Translations under genes and position numbers: made by a program
The notes under the pieces: model-generated
Seen by the model: the letters and a program-made list of their open reading frames with translations, nothing else
Told to the model about the DNA's origin: nothing
Databases searched by the model: none
Shown: piece by piece, positions 28,592 to 38,609 of the stretch
Numbering within the stretch: the stretch's first letter is position 1
Layout: each line of letters opens with the position of its first letter
Source of the DNA: Abditibacterium sp.
GTDB taxonomy: Bacteria; Armatimonadota; Abditibacteriia; Abditibacteriales; Abditibacteriaceae
NCBI GenBank assembly: GCA_965199495.1
Contig: CBDASK010000003.1
Span: 4,064,001 to 4,128,000, forward strand
Direction: 5' to 3'
DNA: 64,000 nucleotides

Positions 28592-31500
28592 ATGGCAGAA
28601 ACTCAAACTCCCCCTGTGGATGAAAAAGTCGGCGGCAATTATACCGCCGAGAATATCACCTGGCTCGAAGGTCTCGAAGCCGTGCGTCACCGCCCCGGAA
28701 TGTATATCGGTTCGACCGATCAAAAAGGCATTTTCGTCCTATGCCGCGAAGTCCTCGATAACTCGACCGACGAAGCGATGGGTGGCCACGCCGATACCGT
28801 CACCGTGCGCCTGATGCCCGATAACGTGGTTTCGGTCGAAGACAATGGACGTGGCATTCCGGTTGACATCCACCCTAAAACCGGGCGCAGTGCGCTCGAA
28901 TTGGTGATGACCGAATTGCACGCGGGCGGAAAATTCGACGCCGACAATTATAAAGTTGCGGCGGGTCTGCACGGCGTGGGCGTTTCGGTCGTCAATGCGC
29001 TCTCGGATTTTACCGAAGTTTTGGTTGACCGTTCGGGCAAAAAGTGGAAGCAACGCTACGAAAAGGGCGTGCCGATTGGCGAAGTCGAAGCGATTGGCAA
29101 CGCCGACGGAACTGGCACGACGGTGACTTACAAGGCCGACGCCTCGATTTTCCCGTCGATTGATTTGGATGTCGAAACCGTCGTCAAGCGTTTGCGCGAA
29201 TTGTCGTATTTGGTGCCGACCTGCCAGTTCATTTTGGAGAACTATCGCGTCGAGCCGCCAAAAATCGAAGTGTTTCAGAATAAAGGCGGTTTGGCTTCGT
29301 TTTGCGAGCATTTGAACCGCAACAAAACCGTCGTCAACACCAAGGCGATTCGTTTCGAGGGCAAGCGCGAAGACGAGACCGGCAAAAAGTCCATCGAAGT
29401 CGAAGTCGCCATTCAATACAACGAGGGTTATCACGACACGATTATCGCGTTTGGCAATTCGATTCATAACATTCACGGCGGTTTGCACGAGTCGGGCTTC
29501 AAAACTGGCCTGACGCGCGCGATCAACTCTTACGCGCGCAAGAAGAACATTCTCAAAGAAAAAGACGAGCGTCTCGAAGGCGAAGATGTGCGCGAAGGTT
29601 TGGCGGCGGTCGTTTCGATCAAAGTTTCCGACCCGATTTTCAACGGTCAGGCCAAAGAGCGTCTCAACGGGCCGAGTTTCATTGATGGAGCGGTCAACTC
29701 GCTGGTCGGCGAAGGTTTGGCCGAGTATTTCGAGGAAAACCCGCGCATCGCCGAAAAGATCGTCGCCAAGTGCATCACCGCCAAACAGGCGCGCGACGCG
29801 GCTAAGAAAGCGTCGGAATTGGTCAAGCGCAAAAGCGCTTTGGAAAGCGATAGTTTGCCGGGCAAACTGGCCGACTGCAGCGAAAAAGACCCGCGCAAAT
29901 GCGAAATATTTCTGGTCGAGGGCGATTCGGCCGGGGGCTGTTTTTCGGGCGATACCCAAGTGGCTCTGGCCGATGGGCGCAATTTGTCGTTCCGCGATTT
30001 GGTCGCCGAACAAGCGCGTGGCATTGAGCATTTTTGCTATACGATTCGGCGCGACGGCAAAATCGGTTTGGAGCGCGCGCTTCATGCGCGCGTAACCAAA
30101 CGCGACGCGGCGGTTGTCACGGTGACTTTGGATAACGGCGAGCGTATCGTTTGCACGCCCAATCATAAGTTCATGTTGCGCGACGGCTCGTATTGCGAAG
30201 CCGCGCAGTTGAAAGCGGATGATTCGTTGATGCCGCTTTATCGTAAGTTGTCGGATGTGAGCGAAAAGAGCATCACAATTGGTGGTTACGAGATGGCGAT
30301 GGATCCGAAGTCGGGCACATGGTTATTTACGCACGTTTTGGCCGATTGGTGGAATCGCTGGCAGGGCGTTTACAGTCGCGAAAGCGGTGAGCATTGTCAT
30401 CACGTTGACTTCAATAAGCGCAACAACAATCCGACGAATATCGAGCGATTGTCCGCCGATGAGCATTTGGCGTTACATCGCGCGCACGTTGGGCGCACTT
30501 TGCATCGGCCCGATGTTATCGAGAAATGTCGTCAGATTCGCCAAAGCGACGAGTTTCGGCGCGCGATGAGCGCGCGAATGCAAGAGCCGGAGACGCGCGA
30601 ACTTCTGTCGAAGCAGGCGAAGGAGCAATGGAAAGACGAAGATTACCGCGCGTTTATGCTGGCTAAATGGCGCGAGTTTTACGATAACAACGTCGAATAC
30701 CGCGCGCTCAATGCCGATCAGTTGGATGCGGCTCAACGCGAATTTTGGAGTAGCGAAGAGAATCGTGCCGCGCAATCTGAGCGGACGCGCGAGTTCTTTG
30801 CCGCGCATCCCGAAGCGCGCGAAGTTCTGCGCGTTGCGGCGAACGAGCAGTGGGACGACGCCGAGTTGCGTTCTTGGCGCGCCGAAAAGACGAAATCGCA
30901 GTGGACGCCAGAGTTTCGCGCGAGCCGCACGGCGGCTTTGAAAGCGACTTATCTGCGCAAATCGTTGCGCGCGTTGCGCGATTGCGCGGGCGACATCGAA
31001 ACTTACGAAGCGAATCGTCGCGCCAATCGCGACAAATCGGTTTTGCGTTTCGATTCGTTGTGTGAGCGTTATTTCGGCGGCCAAAAAGAGGGCGCTCTTG
31101 AAGCGGCGGCTTCTTTTAATCATCGCGTCGTTTGCGTCGAAACGCTCGAAGAAACTTTGGACGTTTATGACATCGAAGTTCCCGGCACGCACAACTTCGC
31201 GTTGGCTTCGGGTGTGTTCGTTCACAACAGTGCCAAGCAGGGACGCGACCGTTCGTTTCAGGCGATTCTGCCCCTGCGCGGTAAAATTATCAACGTCGAG
31301 AAGAATCGGTTGGACAAAATTCTGGGCAACGAAGAAGTGCGCGCGATGATTACGGCCTTTGGCACCGGCATCGCCGACCGCATTGATTACGACGACATCG
31401 CCGATCAACTCGAAGACGGCCAGCTCGAATTCGATGAAGACGGCAACGCGCTGGAACCGATTGACGGCGACGATGAGAATTCGGACGGCGATAGCAGCCA

Positions 31501-32092
31501 CGCCGTCAGCGAGTTGGAATTGGAACTCGATGGCGCTGCCGATTTAAACACCGATGGCTCCAACGCGGCCAACGCCAAAAACAACGTGGACGCGACCCAG
31601 GTCAAGATGCGCCGCGCGCGTGGTGGCCGCGTGGACTCGGCGTTCGATATGTCGCGATTGCGCTACGACCGCATTATCATCATGTGTGACGCGGACGTTG
31701 ACGGTTCGCACATCCGCACGCTTTTGCTGACCTTCCTGTTTCGCTACATGCGACCTTTGGTCGAAACCGGTCATATCTATATCGCCAAGCCGCCGTTGTA
31801 TTCGATTCGGCGCGGCAAGAAGTTGGAATACGCCTACACCGACGCCGAGCGCGACCGCATGGTCAAGGGCACGCGCGCCGATGTCGGGCGCTACAAAGGT
31901 TTGGGCGAGATGAACCCCGAAGAGTTGTGGGAAACCACGATGTTGCCGTCGAATCGCTTGCTGATTCAAGTGACGATGGATGACGCCGCCGCCGCCGATC
32001 AAATGTTCTCGATTTTGATGGGCGACGCGGTTGAACCGCGCAAAGAGTTCATCGAAGCCAACGCCAAGTTAGTCGCGGACTTGGACGTGTAA
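28592..32092 (+). CDS. gyrB: DNA gyrase subunit B, intein-containing
   Basis: LEAVRHRPGMYIG, EDNGRGIP, LHAGGKF, EGDSAGG|SAKQGR, PLRGK, DADVDG, RYKGLGEM. Confidence 0.97.
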   Translation: MAETQTPPVDEKVGGNYTAENITWLEGLEAVRHRPGMYIGSTDQKGIFVLCREVLDNSTDEAMGGHADTVTVRLMPDNVVSVEDNGRGIPVDIHPKTGRSALELVMTELHAGGKFDADNYKVAAGLHGVGVSVVNALSDFTEVLVDRSGKKWKQRYEKGVPIGEVEAIGNADGTGTTVTYKADASIFPSIDLDVETVVKRLRELSYLVPTCQFILENYRVEPPKIEVFQNKGGLASFCEHLNRNKTVVNTKAIRFEGKREDETGKKSIEVEVAIQYNEGYHDTIIAFGNSIHNIHGGLHESGFKTGLTRAINSYARKKNILKEKDERLEGEDVREGLAAVVSIKVSDPIFNGQAKERLNGPSFIDGAVNSLVGEGLAEYFEENPRIAEKIVAKCITAKQARDAAKKASELVKRKSALESDSLPGKLADCSEKDPRKCEIFLVEGDSAGGCFSGDTQVALADGRNLSFRDLVAEQARGIEHFCYTIRRDGKIGLERALHARVTKRDAAVVTVTLDNGERIVCTPNHKFMLRDGSYCEAAQLKADDSLMPLYRKLSDVSEKSITIGGYEMAMDPKSGTWLFTHVLADWWNRWQGVYSRESGEHCHHVDFNKRNNNPTNIERLSADEHLALHRAHVGRTLHRPDVIEKCRQIRQSDEFRRAMSARMQEPETRELLSKQAKEQWKDEDYRAFMLAKWREFYDNNVEYRALNADQLDAAQREFWSSEENRAAQSERTREFFAAHPEAREVLRVAANEQWDDAELRSWRAEKTKSQWTPEFRASRTAALKATYLRKSLRALRDCAGDIETYEANRRANRDKSVLRFDSLCERYFGGQKEGALEAAASFNHRVVCVETLEETLDVYDIEVPGTHNFALASGVFVHNSAKQGRDRSFQAILPLRGKIINVEKNRLDKILGNEEVRAMITAFGTGIADRIDYDDIADQLEDGQLEFDEDGNALEPIDGDDENSDGDSSHAVSELELELDGAADLNTDGSNAANAKNNVDATQVKMRRARGGRVDSAFDMSRLRYDRIIIMCDADVDGSHIRTLLLTFLFRYMRPLVETGHIYIAKPPLYSIRRGKKLEYAYTDAERDRMVKGTRADVGRYKGLGEMNPEELWETTMLPSNRLLIQVTMDDAAAADQMFSILMGDAVEPRKEFIEANAKLVADLDV
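29939..31228 (+). mobile_element. 430-aa intein with HNH homing endonuclease in the GyrB Toprim EGDSAGG/S site
   Basis: Begins CFSGDT, block B CTPNHKF, HNH HHVDFNKRNNNPTN, ends VYDIEVPGTHNF...VFVHN before Ser+1. Confidence 0.95.
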
Positions 32093-32128
32093 TTATCTCG
32101 TAAAAGTAAGTTTGTTTTAGCTCGAATC

Positions 32129-34768
32129 ATGTCAGATCAAAATCCCAATGGCGCCAATACAAATGGCGCCCCTGAACTTCCCGAACAGCCCGCTTTTGCG
32201 CGGCAGGTCATCCAGATGCGCATCGAAGACGAAATGCGCGTTTCCTACACGCGTTATGCGATGTCGGTTATCGTCGGGCGCGCTTTGCCCGATGCGCGCG
32301 ACGGCCTCAAACCCGTTCACCGCCGCATTCTTTACGCGATGTATGACCAGAATATGCTGCCCGACCGGCGTCGCGAAAAATGCGCGTCGGCGGTTGGCGA
32401 AGTGCTGAAAAAGTATCACCCGCACGGCGACCAATCGGTTTATGATGCGCTCGTACGCATGGCGCAGGATTTCTCGATGCGCTATCCGCTCGTGGACGGG
32501 CAGGGCAACTTTGGCAGCGTGGACGGCGACGCACCTGCCGCTTATCGCTATACCGAGGCGCGCATGGCGCCGCTTGCGTCGGAGTTGCTGCGCGATATTG
32601 ATTCCGATACCGTGGATTTTGGCCCGAACTTCTCGGAAACCACGACCGAGCCGACCGTTTTCCCCGCTGTTTATCCGAACCTTTTGGTCAACGGTAGCGC
32701 GGGAATCGCGGTCGGCATGGCGACCAACATTCCGCCGCATAATCTGGGCGAAGTCTGCGACGCCGTGGCGCTGTTGATTGATAATCCCAACGCGTCGGTT
32801 GACGATTTGCTGACCGTGATTCCCGGCCCCGACTTCCCAACTGCCGGTTTGATTTTGGGCAAAAAGGGCATTCGCAGCGCGTTCGAGACCGGGCGTGGTT
32901 CGGTGATTATGCAAGCGCGCGCGACGATTGAGCCGCTCGAAGGCGGGCGTCACGCGATTATCGTGACCGAAATTCCCTATCAGGTCAACAAGGCGACGCT
33001 GATTCAGAATATCGCGCAATTGGCGCGCGACAAAAAGATTGACGGACTGACCGACGTGCGCGACGAAAGCGACCGCACCGGCATGCGCATGGTCATTGAA
33101 ATGCGCCGCGATGCCAACCCCAACGTCGTGCTGAACTTTTTGTATAAGCACACGGCGCTGCGCACCAGTTTCGGCGTGAACACGCTGGCACTTGTGGAAC
33201 AGCAACCGAAAATGTTGCCGCTTCGCCGCGCGCTCGAAGTGTTTATCGGCCACCGCGAGGAAGTCATCGTGCGGCGCTCGAAGTTCCAACTCGCCAAGGC
33301 CGAAGCGCGCTCGCACATTCTGGAAGGTTTTCGCGCGATTTTGGCTTCGATTGACGATGTAATTGCGCTCATTCGCAGTTCGCAATCGCGCGACGATGCG
33401 CGCCAGAAGCTGATTAACGACGGCGTTCCGGCCTATGTGGACGGCGCCTTGGCTGCTAACGGCGAGATGGTTTTGTTGTCGGAAATTCAGGCCAACGCGG
33501 TTTTGGATATGCGCTTGGGACAACTGACGCAGCTCGACCGCATGAAAATTGACGACGAGTTCGACGCATTACAAAAAGAGATCGAGCGCCTGCGCGGCAT
33601 TATTGATAACCCGGCGCGCGTGCGTCAGATTATCAAGCAGGACATGGCGCGCATCAAGAAAGAATACGGCAACCCGCGTCGCACCCAGATCATTGATCGC
33701 GAGGCGCAGGATTTGAAGCCGGAAGATTTGATCGCCGAGGAAGATGTCGTCGTGACAATTACGCGCGATGGCTATATCAAAAAGCTGCCGAAAGATACTT
33801 ACAATGTGCAAAATCGCGGCGGTCGTGGCAAGGTCGGTTTGACCAAGAAAGAGGAAGATCAGGTCGAACACTTGTTCGTTTGCACGACGCATAATATCTT
33901 GCTGGTTTTCACCAACAAGGGCACGGTTTATCAACTCAAAACCTACGAGATTCCGACGGCTTCGCGTCAAGGCAAGGGCACTTCGATTCGCAATTTGCTG
34001 CAAACCGAAACCGGCGAAGTCGTGACGGCGGTTTTGAACATCTCGGAGTTTTCCGACGATAAATATCTGTTCATGGTGACGCGCGAGGGCACGGTGAAAA
34101 AGACGCCGCTTTCGGATTACTCGACGCGCTTGCAGAAAGGTCTCATCGCCATCAAGTTGCAGGGCAAAGACGAACTGCGCTTTGTGTTTCAGACCGACGG
34201 CAAAAAAGACATTATTCTGGCTTCGCGTCAGGGCATGAGCGTGCGTTTCAACGAAGCTGGTGACGGTAAAAATGACAAAGGTTTGCGTCCGATGGGCCGC
34301 AACTCGCAGGGCAACATCGGCATGAGATTCAAGAATCCGAAAGATTACATCGTCGGCGCCATCGCCGCCGACCCGGAAGAACACGTTTTGACGGTTTCCG
34401 AGTTGGGCTTGGGCAAGCGTTCGCAGGTCAAAGATTATCGTTTGCAAAGTCGCGGTGGAACTGGCGTTATCACGCTCAAAGTGACGGAGAAAACCGGCGA
34501 ATTGGTGGCCTTGAAAAGCGTGGACGAAGAAGACGAGCTGATGATTATCAGCAAAAACGGCATCATCATTCGCCAGCGCGTCAACGATATTCGCGAGACT
34601 GGGCGCGTCGCGCAGGGCGTGAAGTTGATTAATCTCGACGAAGGTGATCAAGTCGCCGCCGTCGCGAAAATTATTCAAGACCCCGAAGACGATGACGATG
34701 CCAGCGACGAAAGCGTGGAGGGCGCAGACTCTGAAGTCGAGCAGGGCGAGCTGGTTCTGGAAGCGTAA
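32129..34768 (+). CDS. gyrA: DNA gyrase subunit A
   Basis: RALPDARDGLKPVHRR, YHPHGD, AAYRYTE, GyrA-box QNRGGRG, acidic tail. Confidence 0.97.
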   Translation: MSDQNPNGANTNGAPELPEQPAFARQVIQMRIEDEMRVSYTRYAMSVIVGRALPDARDGLKPVHRRILYAMYDQNMLPDRRREKCASAVGEVLKKYHPHGDQSVYDALVRMAQDFSMRYPLVDGQGNFGSVDGDAPAAYRYTEARMAPLASELLRDIDSDTVDFGPNFSETTTEPTVFPAVYPNLLVNGSAGIAVGMATNIPPHNLGEVCDAVALLIDNPNASVDDLLTVIPGPDFPTAGLILGKKGIRSAFETGRGSVIMQARATIEPLEGGRHAIIVTEIPYQVNKATLIQNIAQLARDKKIDGLTDVRDESDRTGMRMVIEMRRDANPNVVLNFLYKHTALRTSFGVNTLALVEQQPKMLPLRRALEVFIGHREEVIVRRSKFQLAKAEARSHILEGFRAILASIDDVIALIRSSQSRDDARQKLINDGVPAYVDGALAANGEMVLLSEIQANAVLDMRLGQLTQLDRMKIDDEFDALQKEIERLRGIIDNPARVRQIIKQDMARIKKEYGNPRRTQIIDREAQDLKPEDLIAEEDVVVTITRDGYIKKLPKDTYNVQNRGGRGKVGLTKKEEDQVEHLFVCTTHNILLVFTNKGTVYQLKTYEIPTASRQGKGTSIRNLLQTETGEVVTAVLNISEFSDDKYLFMVTREGTVKKTPLSDYSTRLQKGLIAIKLQGKDELRFVFQTDGKKDIILASRQGMSVRFNEAGDGKNDKGLRPMGRNSQGNIGMRFKNPKDYIVGAIAADPEEHVLTVSELGLGKRSQVKDYRLQSRGGTGVITLKVTEKTGELVALKSVDEEDELMIISKNGIIIRQRVNDIRETGRVAQGVKLINLDEGDQVAAVAKIIQDPEDDDDASDESVEGADSEVEQGELVLEA

Positions 34769-34780
34769 AAACTCACTCGC

Positions 34781-34818
34781 AAAAAACGCTGCCCGCTTTT
34801 GTGGGCAGCGTTTTTTTT
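34781..34818. terminator. Bidirectional intrinsic terminator
   Basis: AAAAAACGCTGCCC-GCTTTTGT-GGGCAGCGTTTTTTTT between convergent genes. Confidence 0.85.
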
Positions 34819-34844
34819 CGCGTCATTATCGCGTCAAATTTCGT

Positions 34845-36062
34845 TTAAAAAACGGTGCTTAAACCCAGAGCGAACCGCTCTTGGAATTTGGTGCCGACGG
34901 CGACATCCAAGCGGCTGAGACCGAGATTAAAGCCCAATCCGCCGACAATTTTGTCGTCGTCCAGACCCGCGCGCACCGCGAACTGGCGATTAACTTTGTA
35001 TTCCGCGCCCAGATGAACGGTCAAATCGCCGCCGTTGGCGCCCGAAATGTTATGCAGTTCGGCGGCCAGCAGAGTTTTCGGCACGACCTTGGGCACAGCC
35101 ACGCCCACGTCTATCTGCGGGCGCTGGCGAAAATCGAACTGCGTATCGCCCACGTTGGTGCCATTGACGTTGGTGCGCGAATTCAGGCTAAATTTCGGCG
35201 ACAAGACGTGACGAATCGCGACTGCGGCGCGCGCGCCATACATCTTGGGGAATTCGGGCGAAATGTAACCCAAATCAAGATCAAACGCGTTGTCGTGAGC
35301 GTGATTATAGGTCGTGCCGTTGATGTCGCCCGGTATTTGCGTTTGCGGGTTGATGCCCTCGCTGGCCAAAAAGTTGGTCGCCGCGTAATCGGCGCGCATA
35401 TATTTGGCGCTCACGCCAAAGGTGCCAACGCTGAGGCCAGTTTTGGTCTTGAACGAATGGGCAAAAGGAATCGCAATCGAACTCAACGCCAAACCACCCG
35501 CGTTGGCGTTGACGGTGCGCGAACCTTGCGTCGTCCCCGTCACGCCGATGCGTGCGTCGGCAAAGCCGCCGCTGGAGGCCACGAGGCCGTAATTGCTAAA
35601 CGAAATGCCGACCAAGGGCACAACCGAAGCCGTCAACCGAGCGGGCGCGCCGCCCGGCGTGGCTCCGGCATCGCGCGCGAAACCATAAACGTCGTTGAAG
35701 GCATCCTGCACTCTGGCGACGGCGCCCACAGGCGAACTATTTTTCACTTCACTGCCCAAATCGCTCAGGCTGTTCACCAGATTGGAAATCTTGTTGACGT
35801 CCACGTTATCGGTGCGCGCCGCCAAACTCAGCGGCAAAGTCACGCGTTTGGCCTGCGCAATCGCCGCCGGATTCCATACGGCGGCGGAAGCGTCATCCGC
35901 CGCGATCAAATAACTGCCGCCCATGCCCAACGCGCGCGCGCCGGGACGAATCGTGCTGCGATCGATGTCTTCGGGTTTGACCTGCGCCTGCGCAATGGGC
36001 ACCAATCCCACAACAGCGCCAAAAACGAGGCCGCCACGACAAATCAACTGACTTTTTTTCAT
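34845..36062 (-). CDS. Outer-membrane beta-barrel, FadL/PorV/TraF-like
   Basis: Signal peptide; GARALGMGG...ADDASAAVWNPA; C-terminal Phe. Confidence 0.8.
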   Translation of the reverse strand: MKKSQLICRGGLVFGAVVGLVPIAQAQVKPEDIDRSTIRPGARALGMGGSYLIAADDASAAVWNPAAIAQAKRVTLPLSLAARTDNVDVNKISNLVNSLSDLGSEVKNSSPVGAVARVQDAFNDVYGFARDAGATPGGAPARLTASVVPLVGISFSNYGLVASSGGFADARIGVTGTTQGSRTVNANAGGLALSSIAIPFAHSFKTKTGLSVGTFGVSAKYMRADYAATNFLASEGINPQTQIPGDINGTTYNHAHDNAFDLDLGYISPEFPKMYGARAAVAIRHVLSPKFSLNSRTNVNGTNVGDTQFDFRQRPQIDVGVAVPKVVPKTLLAAELHNISGANGGDLTVHLGAEYKVNRQFAVRAGLDDDKIVGGLGFNLGLSRLDVAVGTKFQERFALGLSTVF

Positions 36063-36243
36063 GTAATGTTTTCTCCAAAAAATGTATTCTGCTCCCAAAA
36101 TTTCACAATTAAGCGACATCAAAAGATAATTTATCTTTGATGAATGCTTGGATTTCTCGGAAGCGGTGAACAATTCGAGTAGCATGAAAGTTTTCTGCCA
36201 TCTTGTCCGTCTGGCGGTGCGCGCTTTGCCATACTTCCAATAT

Positions 36244-38073
36244 ATGTCCGAAACGACGCGCCAACCTTTCAAACTTCATCTGCCCGGTCTTCTCAAAGTG
36301 CTGGCCGAACATCTTTACTCCAACAAGCAAGTCGCCGTGCGCGAACTGATTCAAAACGCCCACGACGGTTGCCGCCGCCGTCAGGCCGAATCGAACGAAA
36401 CCGATTACGAGCCGCGCATTGATATTCAGATTGATGGCCCGCGCCGCGTTTTATCCATTTCCGATAACGGTTACGGTTTAACGCGCCACGAAATCGAAGA
36501 ATATCTGGCGACGATTGGCCGCTCTTACACGCGCGAATTGCGCCAGAACCTGAGCGCTTTGTCGCCCGACGAAGCCGCCCGACTCATCGGCCAATTCGGC
36601 TTCGGTTTTCTGTCGGCGTTTTTGTTGGCCGACGAAGTCAAAGTCATCACCAAAAGTTTTCAGGGCGAGGACGCCTTTGAGTGGAACTCGGACGGCGGCG
36701 AAACCTACGAAATCAAAGACGCCAAACGCAGTCAAACCGGCACGACCGTGGAGTTGCGCGTCAAAAGCGCCGCCAGTTTCGTGTTACGCGAGCAGACTTT
36801 GCTTGAAATCGTGCGTCAATTCGCCGATTTTCTGCCGATTCCAATTCATATCAACGGCGAATCGCAGCAGGCCAATCTGGGCACGCCGCCGTGGAACGCC
36901 CGCAACGTCGAAGCAGCCACGCGCGATTACATCGGGCGCGCTTTCGATACGTCCGAGCCGCTGGCGATTATTCCGCTCCACGATGTCATCGAAGAAATCG
37001 GCGACGATAATATTACGATTCCTCTGCGCGGTTTTCTGTTCGTGCCGCCGGGCACGGTCGCGAGCGTGCGCGAATACGGCGATGTTTTAGTCTTCATTCG
37101 CCGGATGTTCATTTGTCGCGAAGACAAAGATTTGCTACCGCAATGGGCGCGCTTCGTGCGCGGCGCGATTGATTGTCCGTTGTTGCAACCGACGGCCTCG
37201 CGCGAAGATTTGCATCAGGACGAAACTTTCGAGAAAGTGCGCGACGCCATCGAAGCGCAATTGGCGCAGGGACTTCAAGACATCGCCGAGAATCAGCCGG
37301 AAGCGTGGGAGAAAATCGTGCGCGGGCATACCGATTTGATTACGGGCTGGGCCGCGCGCGACGAAGGTTTTTTCGAGGCCGTGTGCGACATCGTGACTTT
37401 TCGCACCTCGCGCGGCGCGCTGACTTTGCCGGATTATCTGAGTCAAAGCGACGGCAATTTTTACTACACCACGCGCGAATTGGGTTCGCTGCAAGAGCGC
37501 GTTTTGGCCGAAGCGCACGGTGTTCCGGTCATTGACGCGTCGTGGTTTGGCGTGCAGCCGTTTCTGGCGCGCTACTCGATGCGCGTGGCGAATTGCGGTT
37601 TGATTCAACTGGACGGCGAATCGAAAAATTTATTGCGTTCGGTTGATCCGGAAAAGTGGAGCGGGGTCTTAGATTACTACGACCGCCGCGACGTGGCTGC
37701 TCAGGTCGCCGAGTTCCGCCCGCCCGAAATCCCGGCGCTGATGTTCTATCCCGAAGACGCCGAATTCGCCATCGAAGGCCGCCAAGCGATTGACAACGGC
37801 GAAATCGCCGATCCTTTGGCCGCGCTGTTGGGCGATTATCTCGACAACCACGCCTCCGATTCCGATAAAGTCGCGGGCACCCTCGTGATTAACGCCTCAA
37901 ATCCGTTGATGCGGAATTTGCAAACCGAAACTGAAAGCGCCGCGCGCGATGCCGCTCTCGAATTGGTGCATCAGATGGCGCGCCTGTTCAACGGTCGCAC
38001 GCTCAGCGCGCAGGACGCCAGCCGCGCGTTTCGCGGCGTGAGCGAAGCGGTGGAGTTAATGCGCGAGCGGTGA
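36244..38073 (+). CDS. HSP90/HtpG-family GHKL ATPase (divergent paralog)
   Basis: HLYS....VRELIQNAHD, DNGYG, IGQFGFGFLSAF, GTTV, LLPQWARFVRG, PTASRE. Confidence 0.88.
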   Translation: MSETTRQPFKLHLPGLLKVLAEHLYSNKQVAVRELIQNAHDGCRRRQAESNETDYEPRIDIQIDGPRRVLSISDNGYGLTRHEIEEYLATIGRSYTRELRQNLSALSPDEAARLIGQFGFGFLSAFLLADEVKVITKSFQGEDAFEWNSDGGETYEIKDAKRSQTGTTVELRVKSAASFVLREQTLLEIVRQFADFLPIPIHINGESQQANLGTPPWNARNVEAATRDYIGRAFDTSEPLAIIPLHDVIEEIGDDNITIPLRGFLFVPPGTVASVREYGDVLVFIRRMFICREDKDLLPQWARFVRGAIDCPLLQPTASREDLHQDETFEKVRDAIEAQLAQGLQDIAENQPEAWEKIVRGHTDLITGWAARDEGFFEAVCDIVTFRTSRGALTLPDYLSQSDGNFYYTTRELGSLQERVLAEAHGVPVIDASWFGVQPFLARYSMRVANCGLIQLDGESKNLLRSVDPEKWSGVLDYYDRRDVAAQVAEFRPPEIPALMFYPEDAEFAIEGRQAIDNGEIADPLAALLGDYLDNHASDSDKVAGTLVINASNPLMRNLQTETESAARDAALELVHQMARLFNGRTLSAQDASRAFRGVSEAVELMRER

Positions 38074-38082
38074 AATTACTTC

Positions 38083-38517
38083 ATGGAATTTTTCGGTCTA
38101 ATTTTCTTGCTGCCGATTGCTTTGGTAATCAGCCTATTTTTGCCTGCGCTCATCTATAAATTTCTTGGTAAATTTCGGTTTGCGCGTTTGGCGGCGGCGC
38201 TTTTATGCGTCCTATTTCTCTTTTCGCTCGTTGTCGAACTCGCGTTAATTGCCAGATTCGGAATGGTAAGCGCACACGATAAATATTATCCGTTGTTGGA
38301 TCGGATGCAGGGCTATAACACGATTTTTGTCCCGCTGGCTTTGACAGCATTTGTGGTTCTCTTGCTACGAAACCAAAACCTTAAAACCCTCAGATAGTGC
38401 GCGGGGTTCGTCTGTTTTTGCGCTTTCATACTATCCGCATTTGCCAGCTTATTTTACGATTCCAGGGCACATTATCGCACGGATGGCGAGGGGACTTACC
38501 GCATCGAAGAACATTAA
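38083..38517 (+). pseudogene. Membrane protein interrupted by TAG at 38395-38397 (ORF call ends at 38397)
   Basis: The frame continues after the TAG as another TM helix plus polar tail (CAGFVCFCAFILSAFASLFYDS...IEEH*). Confidence 0.5.
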
Positions 38518-38609
38518 TCGACAGCCGATTATTTTGTTCGTTAACTTGCGAACCACACTCACTTGGGCGCGTCTGAGTGAGGCCAAATCTGAACAAGGAG
38601 GGCCAAATC

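Noticed and set aside
34845..36062. Conjugation gene traF marking an ICE
   Set aside because: No other T4SS or relaxase genes; best read as a generic FadL/PorV-like barrel.
28739..36140. Long antisense ORFs opposite gyrB, gyrA and the beta-barrel gene
   Set aside because: Typical stop-poor shadows of GC-rich coding strands; no recognisable motifs.
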